Assembly: GCA_905178155.1 (NCBI GenBank)
Contig: CAJINV010000019.1
Location: forward strand, 1,248,493-1,312,492
Source: Amoebophrya sp. A120
Taxonomy: Eukaryota; Protista; Dinoflagellata
Length of the DNA: 64,000 bases
Reading direction: 5' to 3'
Position numbers and translations under genes: made by a program. Positions 1 to 15,000 of the stretch are shown here, piece after piece. The notes under the pieces were generated by a model. That model did not search any database. It saw only the letters and a program-made list of their open reading frames with translations, and had not been told where the DNA came from. Numbering within the stretch: the first letter of the stretch is position 1; each line of letters begins with the position of its first letter.

Positions 1-3000
1 GTACCCGAGGGAACTGGAGCGTCGAACCAGTTCCGTCTGGTGGAGCCGTTGCCTAGCGGTACTGGATCGCTGTGTGGCAAGCTGGAAGCGATTGGAGCTG
101 CGCCGGGCTCCGGTAAACACTTCGTTACCTGTCCTACATTTGGCACGTCAAACGGGTTTAAAGTACAGCTCACAGGACAATCGAGGCTCGCCTCGGTCGT
201 GTGTTTCGAATTCCAAGAGGGCCACGGTTGGAGGGTGACGAAAAGCGACGGGGGAAGGCGGCGCATGGTCGTGCAGGGACGTGTTCCTGCAGGTGCAAAA
301 CAAATACGCGAAGTAAGTTATGCCGCGCCGTTTTTTTTCGCGCTGTCGAGTAGTGTGCTAGCGTGCTGACTGCGTTCTGTATTAATCAAACACATGAGGC
401 AGTGCGCATTTGGAAACGCGGCTAGTTGATGCCATGTGCATCGAGCGAGCCTAGCCCTTTCATGCATGGTCGTACTGATTTACAGAGCAAAACCAAAAGC
501 AGCTTCCGCCAGGGGATTCCACACAAAGACACAATCAGAGAAGTTTGCATTGGTATTTGTGTCGTGAGCAGATTAGGTGTGCAGCACAAGAAAGACGGGG
601 GGATGAAAGGCGGTGGTAGTCTTAGACTTGATACGAGAGCCAGAATGTGCTATGGACAGACAACAAGAAAGTGCCCACGGACGAGGCGCACGTGGTACGA
701 AAAGAATTGTCCCTACCTCTACCCCACAGCCCGCCCTAGCGACGGCTCTCTTAAGTATTGCTACCCCAGAGGTGCTGGCGGCATCCCCACGAAATGAAAT
801 GCGGACATTTTTTGCATGAATTGATTTGGATTCTCTTGGTGATGAGTACCGGTTGGAGAAGATTTGCGGGCCGACGCCGCAATCTGTCACTTGCTTTGTC
901 ATGTTGACCAAAAACAACCTTCTTTCTTTGCTCCTGATGTATTCTCGACAGGCACCGTTGGCACGGTGATGTCGTGGCATAAGTAGTGAATACGAGTTGC
1001 GTTATTTGTGGAGAACGGAAGAGGACAAGCACAAGCAATCCGGTTGCTGAGCTGGCTCCTTTTCCCGCAGGAGACCGGCTTTGTCTCCGTCCGAGCCTTC
1101 CAGCACTGTCGGCCACCTACCGAAGCAGCGTTTTGTTCCCAGTTGAGATGAGATGTTCTGCGGGAACTTATGTTCTGTTTATGTGCCTGCGAAGGGGGGT
1201 GTTTTGCTGGTAGAGGTAGAGATTGCCTTTCCATAGACGCAAATCGATCTTCTGGTGAATGCAGAACATGACGATGACCCGGAGGCAGCTCAGGTACTAC
1301 CTATACAAAAAGAGGTAGAGTCAACAGGCGGCTTTTTAGTGCATTTCGTTTTTTGTAATCGTAATCGCCGTACTAGTGTACCAAACTACGACATTGACTC
1401 CAACTCGGGGATGTCAACCCGTCTCTTGACGTCAACAACAGGCTCGTTCCGATTACGACTACTACCACCCTCACGGTAAAGATCCCCTCGAAACGGATGA
1501 TGAGCACTATCGCATGTATGACCAAGGCACCGTCAACGAGGATCAGAACCAGGGCTCTCCGCGCGAGGTACAGTTCCTTCACTGCTTTAATCTTTGCGAT
1601 ACTTCACCAACATCGTTCAGCTGGACACTCATGTGTGCAGCCGGCCGACGTTGCAACAATCAAAGTGGTTTCAGCCACCATTTCGCGCCCAAATAGTAGA
1701 TTCGTTCTGTCGTGCAGCAGTGAATCCCAGGGGCCCGCACGAGGTCAATCTTCGATAGTTCTTTCTTCTTTCCGATATAACCGCAACGCGCAGTCGAAGA
1801 AGTTGGACCCTTTGTTGCCGTGCGGTGGTAAGAAGTCGGCAGCTGTTCGTCGTCCACTTTTTAGACACACGGATAAAGGCTCTGGACCTTTTGTCCGTTT
1901 CGCGACGAATGGCGAACGTGCGCGCACAAACGCGCAAACCGACGAAAAAAAGCTAATTCGACTATTACAGGTCGGAGTAAAAAGTCATGTCTGAGTCAAA
2001 TGCGCGTTGCGTATGCGTTGGCTTGGTCGTGCGTCAACTTTTCCTCAACCCATTTTTCAGGAGTCTGCTGGCCAGGACGAGAAGTTGGGGCCTTATGATG
2101 AAGTTGAGGCAGCGAAAGGAGCTGGAGTCGAACAAGAAAGGCTAGAGGAATGGCTAGGGACGGTAGTGCATCGCTTTTTATTTGTTTTGCGACTCCTATA
2201 GGTTTGGCTGGAGGACGTGGCTAATCTATGTCATCCTAATTTTTAATATCGGATATGAGCCAGCACCAGGTCGTTGTCCTTCAAAAGGTGAAAATAAAAG
2301 AGGTCCGCACGACCATGAACAAAGACAACGATAGAAGTCGTCCGCCAACTGACTAAAAGACAACGTGGTGGACGAACAAGCAAGAGTTGATCATTTATGA
2401 TTGAAGATGATGAAGAACATCATCGGCATCATGATCCGCTTCCTCTTCCTAGCATTCGCGACCGAAACATCAGATTCAAATGCGCCGAACCGGGATTGTG
2501 CTTTATGTGTAGTAGGCCACAGGAACTGCCTGTCCATGGTGTGTACTCCTCGAGCCGGAAGGCGGGATACAGTTCAGCGGCAATGGGTAATCGAAAACCT
2601 CCCAATAAGCGTATCGTGATTGTATCCAAATTACACCAACAGCCTTCATCTCCGGCGGAAGAAATACCGGGCCAAGTTGTCTTCGATGAGAAACAGCCGT
2701 TTGTTCTGAAGTGGGCGAATCCACTAACCAAGAAAGGCGCCGAAGACGTCGTCGCACACGTGACAGGGGGAAGCAAGATGCAGAAAGCGGAGGCACTTCA
2801 GACCCTAACCGCGGACAAGATGAATCAAGTAGAGCAAAAGGTCATGGAGCTGCAATTTTTTGAACCTCAGGCTGTGCAAGACGGCAAAGGGGTCACAGAA
2901 ATTTGCGGAAAAATGTACGTGGTGTCCGGCTTTGAGCCCTGGACGAGCAAGTGCATTCAAAAGGGCGGGCTCGCGCAGCCAACAAAGCTTTTTCCTTGGA

Positions 3001-6000
3001 GATCCTGTTCAGGTTCCACCGGAATAGCCAGGGGCGTGGCGCAGAAGTTTTGTCTTTTCGAACAGTCGGCGGCTGCAGACGACGGGAAGGGGGCGAGGCT
3101 ATGCATTTCGAAACTTGTCTGGGTTAGAGGAAGGGCGTCATTGTATATGTGCGCCGTCTTTGTAGTTGACTTTCGCCGGGAAGCAAACTGAGATCTATGC
3201 ATGAGAGCACGAGAGACATCAATGATCGCTGCAGCGCAAGGCGTTTTTGTACGCAAGTGCGCCACGCACTGTGATGGATATGGGTTTGGCACATAGGCCT
3301 CGTCCGTGTTCGAAGATGAATCAATGGTGCTGCTGACACAAATTCGGAATCAATGGCGCTGCTGACACAACTTCAGTGATACAGATTCTGGACTCAGCAC
3401 TTTTCCCGACCCAGACGCATTTGCAGTCGATAGCACTTTCGGATTCATGCGTTTGGCAAGCCCGCCGAGCTGCTGACAACGCGCCAAGATTTCGGACGAG
3501 GATATTCAAACAACTATCTGCACTTGGATCCCCAAGTCCAGCTTAACGCGCCGAAGGACCTGATCCTAGTGCAAGGAAACCAGCGGGTGAAAGCGCTTAG
3601 CGAGGTGAAGGGTCCGTCCACTACCGCCGCCTTCGCAAGCGGAGGAACGACTGCGGGCACAGTACTGCTAGCTATTTTCATTTTCCGACGTTTACAACCC
3701 TACACGTTAATGTTAAACGATAAAAAGTCACCCGAACCGGCGATTTTTCTTGCTCTACTAGCGACGCGCCTGACATTGTATCGTAATAGAGTGCATATAT
3801 ACTTTTGTACAGAATTATCAGAAACAACACGGCAGCTCTAGTTTTTACAGAGAACGAGCTGTGCAGATCTGGTTGATATTATCAATCTCCTGCAAAGACA
3901 TAAATAGACCGGTGCTGTTGTTCTTTGATGGGGAGATGGGATTTCGAATGGAGTTTTCTTCACAATCACAGGCCGTTCTTCATGAGGAAGCAGGAAGCGG
4001 CGCTTGGGCCAGAAGCGAAAAAAACGCACCAAAGCCGAGCCTGGTGGATCCGGAAGTGCGCATCGCTGATCCTGAGGTACTAGGTGTTAACCGTTGATTT
4101 GTATGTAGTGAGGCCGCGAGCGCTGGCGCTCTAATCTGGCGGCTTTTTAATTGCCAGACAGACAGCAAAGCGACCACAGCCTGACAAAAAGTGTTGCAGT
4201 TTGTTACACAAATTAGAAGGATTCGAGAAGGGCATCACAAGCAACTTTTGTCATGCAAGCCGTGCTGAGTAAGAGTAGCGGTAGCCTAGTTTTCGTGCGT
4301 GTGGTCCTTAATCCTTTGGAATCTCCACATTAGAAGGAAGTTCGATTTGTCATGCCGAGCAAGTTTGTGTTGCTGAAGTCTTCTCGAAGGGGGCAACTGT
4401 AACGCTTTTGTTCTTGCGCATTTTGCGGCTTGAGGCTTTTTTCTCCATAGTCTTTCTCAATGCCGCACCAAATCCAAAACTCTTCAATCCCCACATTAGC
4501 TTTATCTGGGAAGCGCAATGCGTCTGAATCTGCAGCTTCGCAGTAATACGCCATGAACTTAATACTACTCTTCGAGGCTGAGCTGCAGCTATTGTCTGTG
4601 GCCGTCCTTTATCCTTTCCTTTCCCCATCTGATTCCGAAAAAACGCACAGCAACTGCACACTGGTCTCGGCGAGTGAGCGTCTACTTTATCGATGGCGGC
4701 TTGTGGTGAAAGCCGTACTGAAGTAGAAGTTGAAAAATACAAATTTACCAGGTGCTCCCCTTGTTGAAACATCTCCGGGCCGGAGAGGTTTTCACGATCA
4801 AAATTGCAAACGAGAAGGAACCGCAGAAACCCTATACCGTGTACCGCGTTGATGACGAGGACGCCACCGCTGTCTTTGGTGCGCCGAAGCCTCCTCACTC
4901 GCTCGGTGCGGCAAAAGAACCTCTCCAGGAGCGGTTGGAGCTTTCGGGCGAAGATGAAACTCTGCGTGTGTCTCCGAACTTCAAACTGGTGAACGTGGCA
5001 ACTCAGCATAAGAACAATTTCGAGGCCTGTGGCGATCTGCAGGCCTTGGGAGACGTCGGAGATCAGGCGGCTGCAGAGCAGTTGTTTGTCTACCGTGCAA
5101 GTATGGGCTACGCTACAAAACCGGGCTTTCAAGCGAAGCTTGTAAACCAAGAAAAAATCGGTGGGTTGCCTTGGGTGTGTCTGAAACTGAATGCTCAGCA
5201 GCAGGAGGGCAGCATGTCGTGGGAACTGAAACTGGACGGGAAAAGTATGATCCTTGGGGGCTCGTTATGCAAAGGTTAGTCGTGCCTTCGACCTAGCATG
5301 ATGTTTCCGCACCCATGATATTTTTTAACGCCAGGTCCCTCCTCGATAAAAAGCCTACGGCAGGGGCACAGTCGACATTATGGTGTTTCGGCGAGTTAAG
5401 TATCCTGCTACCGTGCCTGCGTCACGTATGGCGTAGATCAACCTGACAGGGCTGCGCCTGTAACTTGTGACTGGACCGCACTAATAGACCCGTTTCGCCG
5501 CGACGAGTGCCCGGTGATGTGCCCTTTTTTTCATTACTGTGGCTATGCTGTCGACGCTTATCTTCCAATTTTGTTGGCATGATAATTATTACTCTGCCGG
5601 GATCTTCTCTTCGTGTCCATCATTGTACACCGACTCTTAATGCGGAAACATCTGCGTGGTTGGCCGCAGTTTTGGTCTCCATTCGCCATTATTTTTACGG
5701 TCGGCCGCGATGTTTCGGTGCAGGACGTGCGGTGGTCAGATCAACTAAACCTCGTGCGGCCCATTGTACGAAAGGGGGGAACCACGCCTCTAGTAGAGTC
5801 CTCCCGCGACGGAAAAAGCACTGCATGGCCCTCCGGACAAGCCGGAAGCTTTACGAAAGGGACAAAGCTTCAGATTTGATGTTTTTGATGATGATCAAGT
5901 AGAATGCTCATCTTCACGATGCCCCCCCCAGATGGGGCTTCATGAGCAAAGATTTTTTACATGTGCCATTTCCACTCTTCGTGATGATAGTCCAATTTTC

Positions 6001-9000
6001 GAATGACGTCAGGACGCATGATGGGCGGCGCGTGGCTATCATTGCAATTCCATCGGAATAATGAAGCCGTGCCAGCTGCGATGTTTTATGCGCTACTTTT
6101 GACGAAATTCGAATTCGTCAGGTACTCAGCTTGATAAAAAGAACGAGAATTAATACGAGTCAAACAAGGCTTCGACTTAACAACGTTTTTCCGTATTGCT
6201 TTAAGAGCCGTGCCTCCTCGCTCCAACATCGGGGCTTCTCTTCACGATGATCACCAGTCAAAAAGTTGCACAGAACTATTTTGTTCTGCCAGAAAAACAG
6301 TAGGGAAAGCAACAGTAGAGGACACGTCGTGCATAGACATTTTCATATTTTGATGCAACTTGCCGTGGGCTGGGGGAGTACTAGAGGTCGAGGTTTGGTC
6401 CTTTCGATACGCGCAAATTGATCTGGTGCAGCCGCAGGCAATGCTGGGAAGCGAAATTGCGACTGGGGGTGGGCCCCCTGCTGCAGAGGTGGGGCTTGTC
6501 GACCCTGCAGTCAAAGATCCGCTGGACGATCTGGAGCGAAAAGTACGGCAGGGCGCATACTCCTTCCGAATTGTTTTCGCACAAGGGAGCGCTGCCAGTG
6601 AAGAAGGAGCGTTCAAAACCGCGATTTTTACCTCACCCGACTACGTCTCGATGCTTGCGTACGACGAAACATCAGAACGCCCTGCGAGAAAGAAATTGGC
6701 ATCGGACCATCGGGACTTTTCTTTGGTTGACCACATCCGTTCCGGTCCTACGCCTGGCTCTCCTCTATGTGGGAAGGTGAAGGCCACCGAACCCAAAGAT
6801 TCTGGAAAGTGCTTGGGGTGGCAGCGGAAAGGGCCTGGACTGTCTGAGGTTGACTGTCGGACTCTTGGATTGGTCTTCTGCTTCCATGCAAAGCCGCGGG
6901 CGTCGGACGATGCCTCTCAACCCCGTTTCACCATTACGCACACGGCCAGCAAGACGGAATCGTTCAAATTAGCGGTACGGAGGTGGAAAAAAAACAAGAA
7001 AACCCATATCGTGGATTGATAAATTGCCGTTCCTCTTTTTGAATGTCTCACAAAGCCTGGTCATGGGATATGTTTTAGGACCTGGCGAGTTCAAAGAGAA
7101 AGATGCCATTGTAGCAGCTCTCCTCTGCCACTGCATTTTTGTCATGAAAAGGTAGAACGGCTTGGAACAGTGCATTAGGTAGAAGCCAACATGCCGGCAG
7201 TGGGGGGAAAATAACAAGGATTACAATATCATAACCACGGAAGATGGGTTCAGAAGTTTTCATTTTGATACGAATTGCCGGAAGGTGAATCCCCGTACGT
7301 GCACCTGTTTTATGAAGAACAAAGGTATCTTTTCCCATCGGATAATATTGGACAGACCAGTCCGTGTCCGACCCGTCTTGCTTGAAAAATAGCTTGTAGA
7401 CATGCATCCGCAGTAGAAACTTCCAGGGGCGCCTGCCCCTGTGCAGTGACATGAGCCCCTCTTGTGTGTTGCCGCAAGGAGCATGCGCAGCGTCCCCTTT
7501 TAGCTGTGCGCGCAAAGTACGCGTTTTGTGCTTGTACGTACACATCGGTTTTTGTATGGGACGTGGCACGACGGTGGGCGGAGGTCCGATATTGAGTGGT
7601 GGGAAAAGAAGGCTTCACGTCAATACGCAACCTGACGGGGAAATCACAAAGAGCCACGCAACCGAAGTCTTGTTGCCCGCGACGGTACAGTTTAGATGCG
7701 TTGCTTATTCCTTATTTGGCAACCCAATTGACCGACATTCAGCTATCTCTCCACGACACGAAAACAGATGAGAGCTGTTGCCCGCATCACATGTATCACG
7801 AAGTGAAAACGCGGCACTGCGGGGCTTGCTTACTTAAATTTAACTTCGGCCCCTTCGGTGGGGGCCTTTTTTGGTAATGACAAATATTAATCGTCCCCGG
7901 GGGCTCCCTGCGGCTGCGAGATAGCTGCTTTTAGTTTGCGTCTTGCGAGACAAGAGAGGCCGGGTGTCGTGGGCTGCCCTCTAGGCCGCGCAGTTTGCCG
8001 TTCTCTTGCTAGAACTGGTGCCGCTTGCCCGCTTCTTGCAAAAAATTCACCGATGTCAGGAGAAGTGTGTTATCCTTTCGGCAGCAAAAGAGGCGTCGGA
8101 GGTCAGCCGGATGCCTCGCCGGCCGCATTGTGGCATGCAAGTGCGCTGCGAGAGGGAATTTACGTTCTCCGAAGGAAATTGGGCAAGCCAGCGTGACCGT
8201 GTGTGCCGAATACCCCTACTTGGTCGCTTAGTGTGTTAAGTACTTACAACCAACAACAGGGCGAGGTTTTGCGTCAGGCGGAAGAGAAGCTCAAAGAGGC
8301 AGCAGAGGCAAAAGCGGCAGCTGCAACTCCCCAACTCCCACAGGTACTGAAAGAAGTTTACGAAAAGTGATCTGTTTTGTTGTTTTATTCCGTATTCTTT
8401 CCATTCTAAATTTGAACTGCGTTGTCGTCGTCCAACACTTCGAATGAATCCATACCAACCTGGTGCGCCGGAGCGATCACGTCATCCAGGGAACTAGATG
8501 TCGTACTTGCTCCTCTGGGGGTCAAAAAGACATGCTCACGACGGCCTTCTCTGACTATGATTCATCTTGACTTGTCTCTCGTTTTCGTCTTCATGGCAAA
8601 ACGACAAACAAGTGGAAAAGAAAATCTGTCAGTGTCACATCCATCACGAAGTGCAACGTGATGAAGGCGAATTCAATTTTTCATATGCTCAACGAGACGG
8701 AAGCGGGACGCTGCTTTGCCCGCTTGTTTTTACAAATTCGAATTTTATTTCGGGGACAGTTGAGTGGGACTGGGACTTGTCATTGTTTGCCTCTGGGAGA
8801 AGCTTGTCCGGATTATCAAATTTCCTACTTGAGAATCCAAGTCTCCGCTTATTTCGGCCTTATTTCACCCTAGAAGTACGAGGCGCCCGTCGCGGACGAC
8901 CTGGCGAAGTGGAGCCTTTTCATCTCGGTCCGGATACATATTTTTACCGAGCAGACGGAGGAGACCGCGGACATTTCGTCGTCCGGGTCGTGCGCCGTTG

Positions 9001-12000
9001 TTTGCTTTTTTAACTGCTGGCGGAGGCCACTCGCAAACAAAGCAGTTAACAGAACGACAGCCAGTTGTATTTCCCGTAACTAGAGAAGCCGCGTAAACGC
9101 AAAAGAGGCATTACGACACTCGGTCGCAAAGCAAAACTCGCTCAGCAAGACAATCTATCGTACTTACAACAGCCGCAACCGGTACAGCCGGCGCAACCGG
9201 AACAGCCGGAAGAAGAAGAAGAAGAAGAAGATGATGAATACAACTACGATTTGTTTCCCAGTGATAATCAGGCCCGAAGCCAAGGGGGCTGGGCACGGGT
9301 GCCTGGCTCCCCGTCCTTGCGGAATTATTACTCAGAGGTAAATAATCATGTTGCGTGTTTTTTGTTTCACAGCGCGGCAGCTTTTTTTATTTCAACTTCA
9401 CCCATCCGATCTTCACAAGCAGCATGGTCTCAGAACTTCTTCTGCGTACCATTGCAATCAGCAAAGACTTTCCGACTTTTTACGGTCACTCCTGCGGCTG
9501 CCGGTAGTTGTACGTTAGCGGCTGGTATTAACGAGACTGCGGCACCAGGATTTGTACTTGGTGGCTCATGTTGGCTGCCAAGGGCGCCGCGCTCTCCCCC
9601 TCAGAGCTTTTTTCCACGTCAGAGCTTGATGTGCCGCGCAGAAGGCGCGTGCGTAGAAGCCGCAACCGCGACAGGGCTTCCTTGTTCACGAGATTTGCTG
9701 TCGGGTTTCCGGTACAAAAAAGGGGAAAGCCAGGACCAGAACTGGGCCTCGATCATGGCAGGCCGGCCAAAAAATGCAGGAAACGCGGCATCGCATTTAG
9801 CATGCGTCGCGTCGTTGTAAGTACTGGAACTCGTCACACCCACAGCTACACTACTTATTACAACAGGAGCCGTTTGATCGGAAAGACAAAGAGGAAGACG
9901 AAAACCGCGGAGGGGATCAGGAAGACGAAGGACCGCTGAACGAGGAAGCAGGGGAGCATCGTTATGAACGCGGGGGTTTTGATCCGGAGGTACTCTTACT
10001 TTTGATGAATTTGCCATCCTCAAATACACTTCTTGAATACCTTTTTGCGCATGTGAGACAACTTGCTTGACGAGGATACACCGGAGCGCAGTTGGAGTTA
10101 GTGGAAACTCACACTGTTTTTTGTGCAGACCACATGCTTTTGCCAGGCTTGACATATCAGTTAGAATGTTTTTCCGCACGAGAGCCAATAAGAAGTGCAC
10201 AGCGAATAGCTACACGTTGTAGTACGGGCCGAAAAATACTGCTAAACTTAATTCGTTTTATTTCGATCTGCTGGCTCGCTTTGGTTTCGCCACAACGTGC
10301 GCGGCATACGAGGCGTTTATGGAGGAACCGAAGCCGAGACGACACTGGCTGGGTTCGGATCTTCGTGATGCTAGTTGGTTTTTTTTTTACATCAACGAAC
10401 ACCACTGGGCCGGCTCAGGAACCAGAAATTTCGTCAGCCGAAACTGTATCCACCGCCCGCAGTGGGATATATTCGATGCGCCTAACGCGCAGGCCGAAAG
10501 AGAAAGTGTCTAAGTATGCGAACCAAGACTGTCGCCTTTTTTACCTGTGCGTGAACTGTCCTGTAAGTACGCGGCGATGTAAATGTCCTATAAATAATTT
10601 TTCAGGGCAATACCGGTGCCTCTCAGGACGACGGTGCTTGGAGGTCGGACGCTGGTAGCGAGTTTGACCCAGACGACTTGCCCGACGACCTGCAGGTACA
10701 ACTAAGTAGTGGCTGCTACGAGTCTTTGCTTTTTTCCAAGTAGATGTAAATCGACATTGCCCTGCGGTTGATGTTGATGACGGTCGAGCGTTTCACCACG
10801 GCTTGTGCCACAGCAGAGGACACATAGGTGCAGAAGCCGGGGCCAGGATGAGACTGGCTGTGGTCGTCCTTTACATATTCATTTTTAGCTACGCTTCTGT
10901 CCACCGCAGTCCGATCCTACTTGCGCTGACGGATTATCTACTCTAGCCCAGCTGATTTCTTTTCTAACTATCGAAGAACGAAGAAGCCACCGCCTTTTTT
11001 GTTTCAGTTTGAAAAAGAAGCAGAGTATTTGCCAGCCGCAATGCCCATGCCCTACTATACCCAGCGTCCCTAGCCGACTGAGTAGAGATAAAGTATGTAC
11101 GTTATACGAATCAGGACGACGACGGGCGGGAAGGCTACTACGATGACCTGCACAGCGCCGCTGGCGACGGCGGAAGTCCAGGGGAAGGCCTGCTTGGCGC
11201 CGAGAGGCTCGAGGAATTGAGGGAAGGCGACGCGCTCCCCCGTGGTAACAACCACCGCACGGAGAACATGGTAGCACGAGCAATTCCAATTCCTTCGACT
11301 ACCACTTTTTTGAAATAAACAATGCGACTTTATTACTAACATGGATCATTATTTGATGGTGGTGGAGCAGTTGTTCACCTTATTTTGCGCCGCGCAAGAG
11401 CCTTGTTTGCAGAGGCCGCAGCTGCCAAGATGACGCATTTTCAAGCGTGTGACCGACATATAGTGGTTTTTATTTATTTCGAGGAGGGGAGTTAGCATGT
11501 GTGTCAGTGAGTCTTGCTCACGCACCAGTGTGTATTTTTACCAGGGCGTCAGACCTCGCAACGGAGAATTCTAGTTTTACTAACGTCAACCTTTGGTAGT
11601 ATTTTTGCCACCGAAGAATCCAAGACCAAGTAGAGCTGCTCCTGCTGGCATGACGAACAAGATCGGCGAATTTCAATGCCGCTGCCTGAATGTATAGAAG
11701 GAACACCCGACATCCCCGTGAAAAGCGAAGACGTCAGGCATTGCTTCATTTTTGGCCATTCGCCGCCTACAACGGCTTACGCAGTAGACTTCTATATCGA
11801 GTATGTCAAGCTTGATTAAGTTTTGAAAAAAATCTCGGGGTATTACAGAACGCGAGGGAGCCGCGGCAGAAGGACATTACCATGAGCGACGAGGCACTGG
11901 CGAAGCGTGAAGAACGCATCAAGAAGATGAGGTCCGCGTCCGCAGACGACGCAGAAGACGGGGAAGCCTGGCTTCGGGCCAATGTTCTTGGCGTCGACTT

Positions 12001-15000
12001 GTTCGGTGAAGGCCCGGTACCACTATCAGCTATGTTGTTGTACAGGCTTTTCTCATATCCTCCTGTGAAGCTTTTATACATCGATCTGGCGAAAAATCGG
12101 CGCAGTTTAGGGCAAGAAATAATTGGAAAAACGCTGTAGCGTGGTAGAAATTGGGCGTGGAAAAGGATACATGCAGTTGAGGCCTGTCCTAATTCTCCAC
12201 TTCTCTACAACCTGAGACAGAAGCAGAGCTTGAGCTGTGCAACGCGATTATTGTCAAAGCACGTTCTCGTTGTGCATTTGAAGGACAGTGTAAATGAGTG
12301 CTAGTTCGCGAGCCTCAAGAAGCTTCGGGTTGTATTGGCGACGTGTATTTGTTTGCCGAATTGAAATGACTCGAGGCTGCGCGTTTAGGGGTCGCACGAT
12401 GAAGCCGAGTTTTGATATGTGAAAGTACTTCCGTCTTCTTTGTATGTGTTCGCACGGACTGCCATGGCAGCGCGACTACCATACGACAGTGCGAAAATTG
12501 TCTTTGGCATGGTGTTGTGCAGTGCAAAGAGGTCTGCAGCAGTCTGTCACGGGAGATTCAGAATCTTTGACTTTCTAACAGGAAGCAGAAGAGGCCGAGA
12601 GGAAGACTTTCGGAGACCCTCCGCCGCCAAAAACTGGACAGCAGGTACAACGAAGTTTCATTTAAAACTGTGCATTCCTTCGCAATATTTTGCTTTCGTG
12701 ATGGAACACTTAAACAAAACTGCGCACGGCCCGTTGTTATCTGTGTCTCTTCGAATGCTCCTTCATTGGCTGGGACCTGGCGAATCCGCCAGATGGCTGG
12801 CTTTGCTCAATTCCCGTAATTGTCCCTTATTTTCTTTCGAAATCAACTGTGGGCAGCCAGAGCACCATTCGTTCCGGGCCCACAACTTGTGCGGACTCAA
12901 CTTTAATATTCATGTACTTTGCTGGTTGCAATAATTCTGCAGGTCGTCCCTGACGGCGAGCAGGTTGAAATCGGGGCTGACTTAGAGATGTTCCTGGAAG
13001 CTTGGGAGCTTACTCAAGATCGTGCAGTTTTTCGTTTGAAATTCCAAGCCGACGACACCCAACCGGACGAGACGGGCAACGCCCGGTTCGTTGTGCGACT
13101 AAATGAGGCCAGCGAAAACTTATCCCTCGAGAGCCAGAAGATCAGCGTTTTGGCCAAGACGGAACAGGAGATTGGGGATAAACAAAGTGAACTTGATTAC
13201 GAATGGCTTTGGTGGTTTTATTTTACTCCCCAACTGACCCCACACTCGTGCGTGCAGATCGCAACCAGTCCTGCCATCACGCAAAACGCGAAAGAGGTCA
13301 TGAGTTGTCTACAGTGGCCGCCCGAGACAGGAGCAGAGGCCTTCACGGTGGTGGACTGCGTATCGGGAAAATCATTGCAAGCGTTCTGTGTGGAAAAGCC
13401 AAGGTGGGACAAGGACGCGTTTTATTTTTTTCGCAAAATAACCGAGGAGGAGGACCTCGAAAAGGATTCTAGCCTCCTTTCCGTGAATGCCGACAACGGG
13501 CAGCTCTTGTCAGAGATCCCGGCACACGGGGCTGATGGTATACTGCGGATGTACATCGACAAGCAAAAGCAACACAATCCGCCCAAACCGCAGCAAGCTG
13601 TTCGAAAAGCAAAGGAGAGCGAGATCCAAAAAGAAGCGTGGGGCGCCCTGCTCAGCGGAAACGATGGCGACGAAGAATCTCCAGAGTCCGTGGGGGGCGA
13701 GTCCAGTTTTGATGATTCCAAGGTCAAGGGAATGCTGCAGCTGTATTCGGTGCGGAAAAAGGATGAAGAGGAAGACGAGGACGGCACCACGCAAGCTTCG
13801 CAGTCACCTGTACTTGCAGTGACTGTCGACAATGGAGGCGGTCCTGAAGCCAATCTCCGGGTCCTCCCGGTCATACCAGCCACTGGAAGCTACTACGAGT
13901 GGCAGTTCAAAACACTGATCAAATTCAATGAAAAGTTCAGGGGCCACGAGATTCCGTGTGGAACAATGCAGCTGTCACAGCATTCTCTGACAGCAGGACA
14001 ACAGCTGTGCCTGCAGCAGGACACGGGCTCGGGTGGGAACCTAGTTCTCAAGCAGTGTAACACTGTGGGGAGGTTGGTGTGTTTGAATGTGGTGAGTCCG
14101 GGCGAAGCTGAATCAACTCGCAAGCCCGGGCGAATGCGAGTCGAGCTTTTTTTCGGGGACACGGTGACGCTCATGGAGCTGCACAATCAGAAAGCGCAGA
14201 TGTCTAGTCCTGTTCTTGTTAAAATGGACGATCTTCTGCGGCAAGAGGATTCGACGCCAACCAGGTATGACGTGGAAGTGGTCGGCGAGGAAGGAATCGA
14301 GAGAAGAAAAATGGTGGAGACACTGGATGCCATTGTCGCTGACCCGGACCACAAGGCCAAACTCAACCGTTGTCTGGGAATGGATGCGCCTGAGCCTTCG
14401 ACAGACGGCGGCAGTTTTTTGGAGGCCAATTATCGTTTGCGCGACCCCCACGCGCAACCGCAATCACCCGAACGACGCACGGGAGATGTCGAGGACTGCA
14501 TTTCTGACATCGAGTCGGCCGGAGATCAAGGTGGCTCTCTGATGTATCAGTATGCAAAGCGGATGGCCAGGGATTCACTTGGACAAAGTCTTGACACCGA
14601 AATCAGGAACATGCTTGACAGTGCGAGGTCACCGGCTTCGAAGTTGGCGATCTGTTCGATGGCCTTTGAGAAGAGTGCCACTCAGTCTGACCTTCAGCTG
14701 CGCGACCGCTGTCTAGCGTCCGCTCAAGGATTTGAGGAGATTGCTGCGAACGTGGCCTCTGGTGAGGCTCCCCCTGCGGAAATGATGCGAACAAAGGGTT
14801 TCCGACAGCTCTTTCAAAACGCGAAGACGCTTTCGCGAATCACGCAGCGGAAGAACACGAGAGGGAAGCCTGATGAAAAAGCATTTCGTATGCGCTTCGT
14901 TTACAAGGAGAGCGACGAGCTGCGCGTTGTTAGCGCGGTTTTGGTCCACCGGGAGGGCGGAGGCGCAGAAAGCGTGATCCTACGGAGGGTCGATGGGACC

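Noticed and set aside
4230-4360. gcatcacaa / ttgtcatgc motifs as an introner in the left region
   Set aside because: No TAT...ATA termini, TIR or 5-bp DR were found around them; this may be chance or a remnant too old to support.
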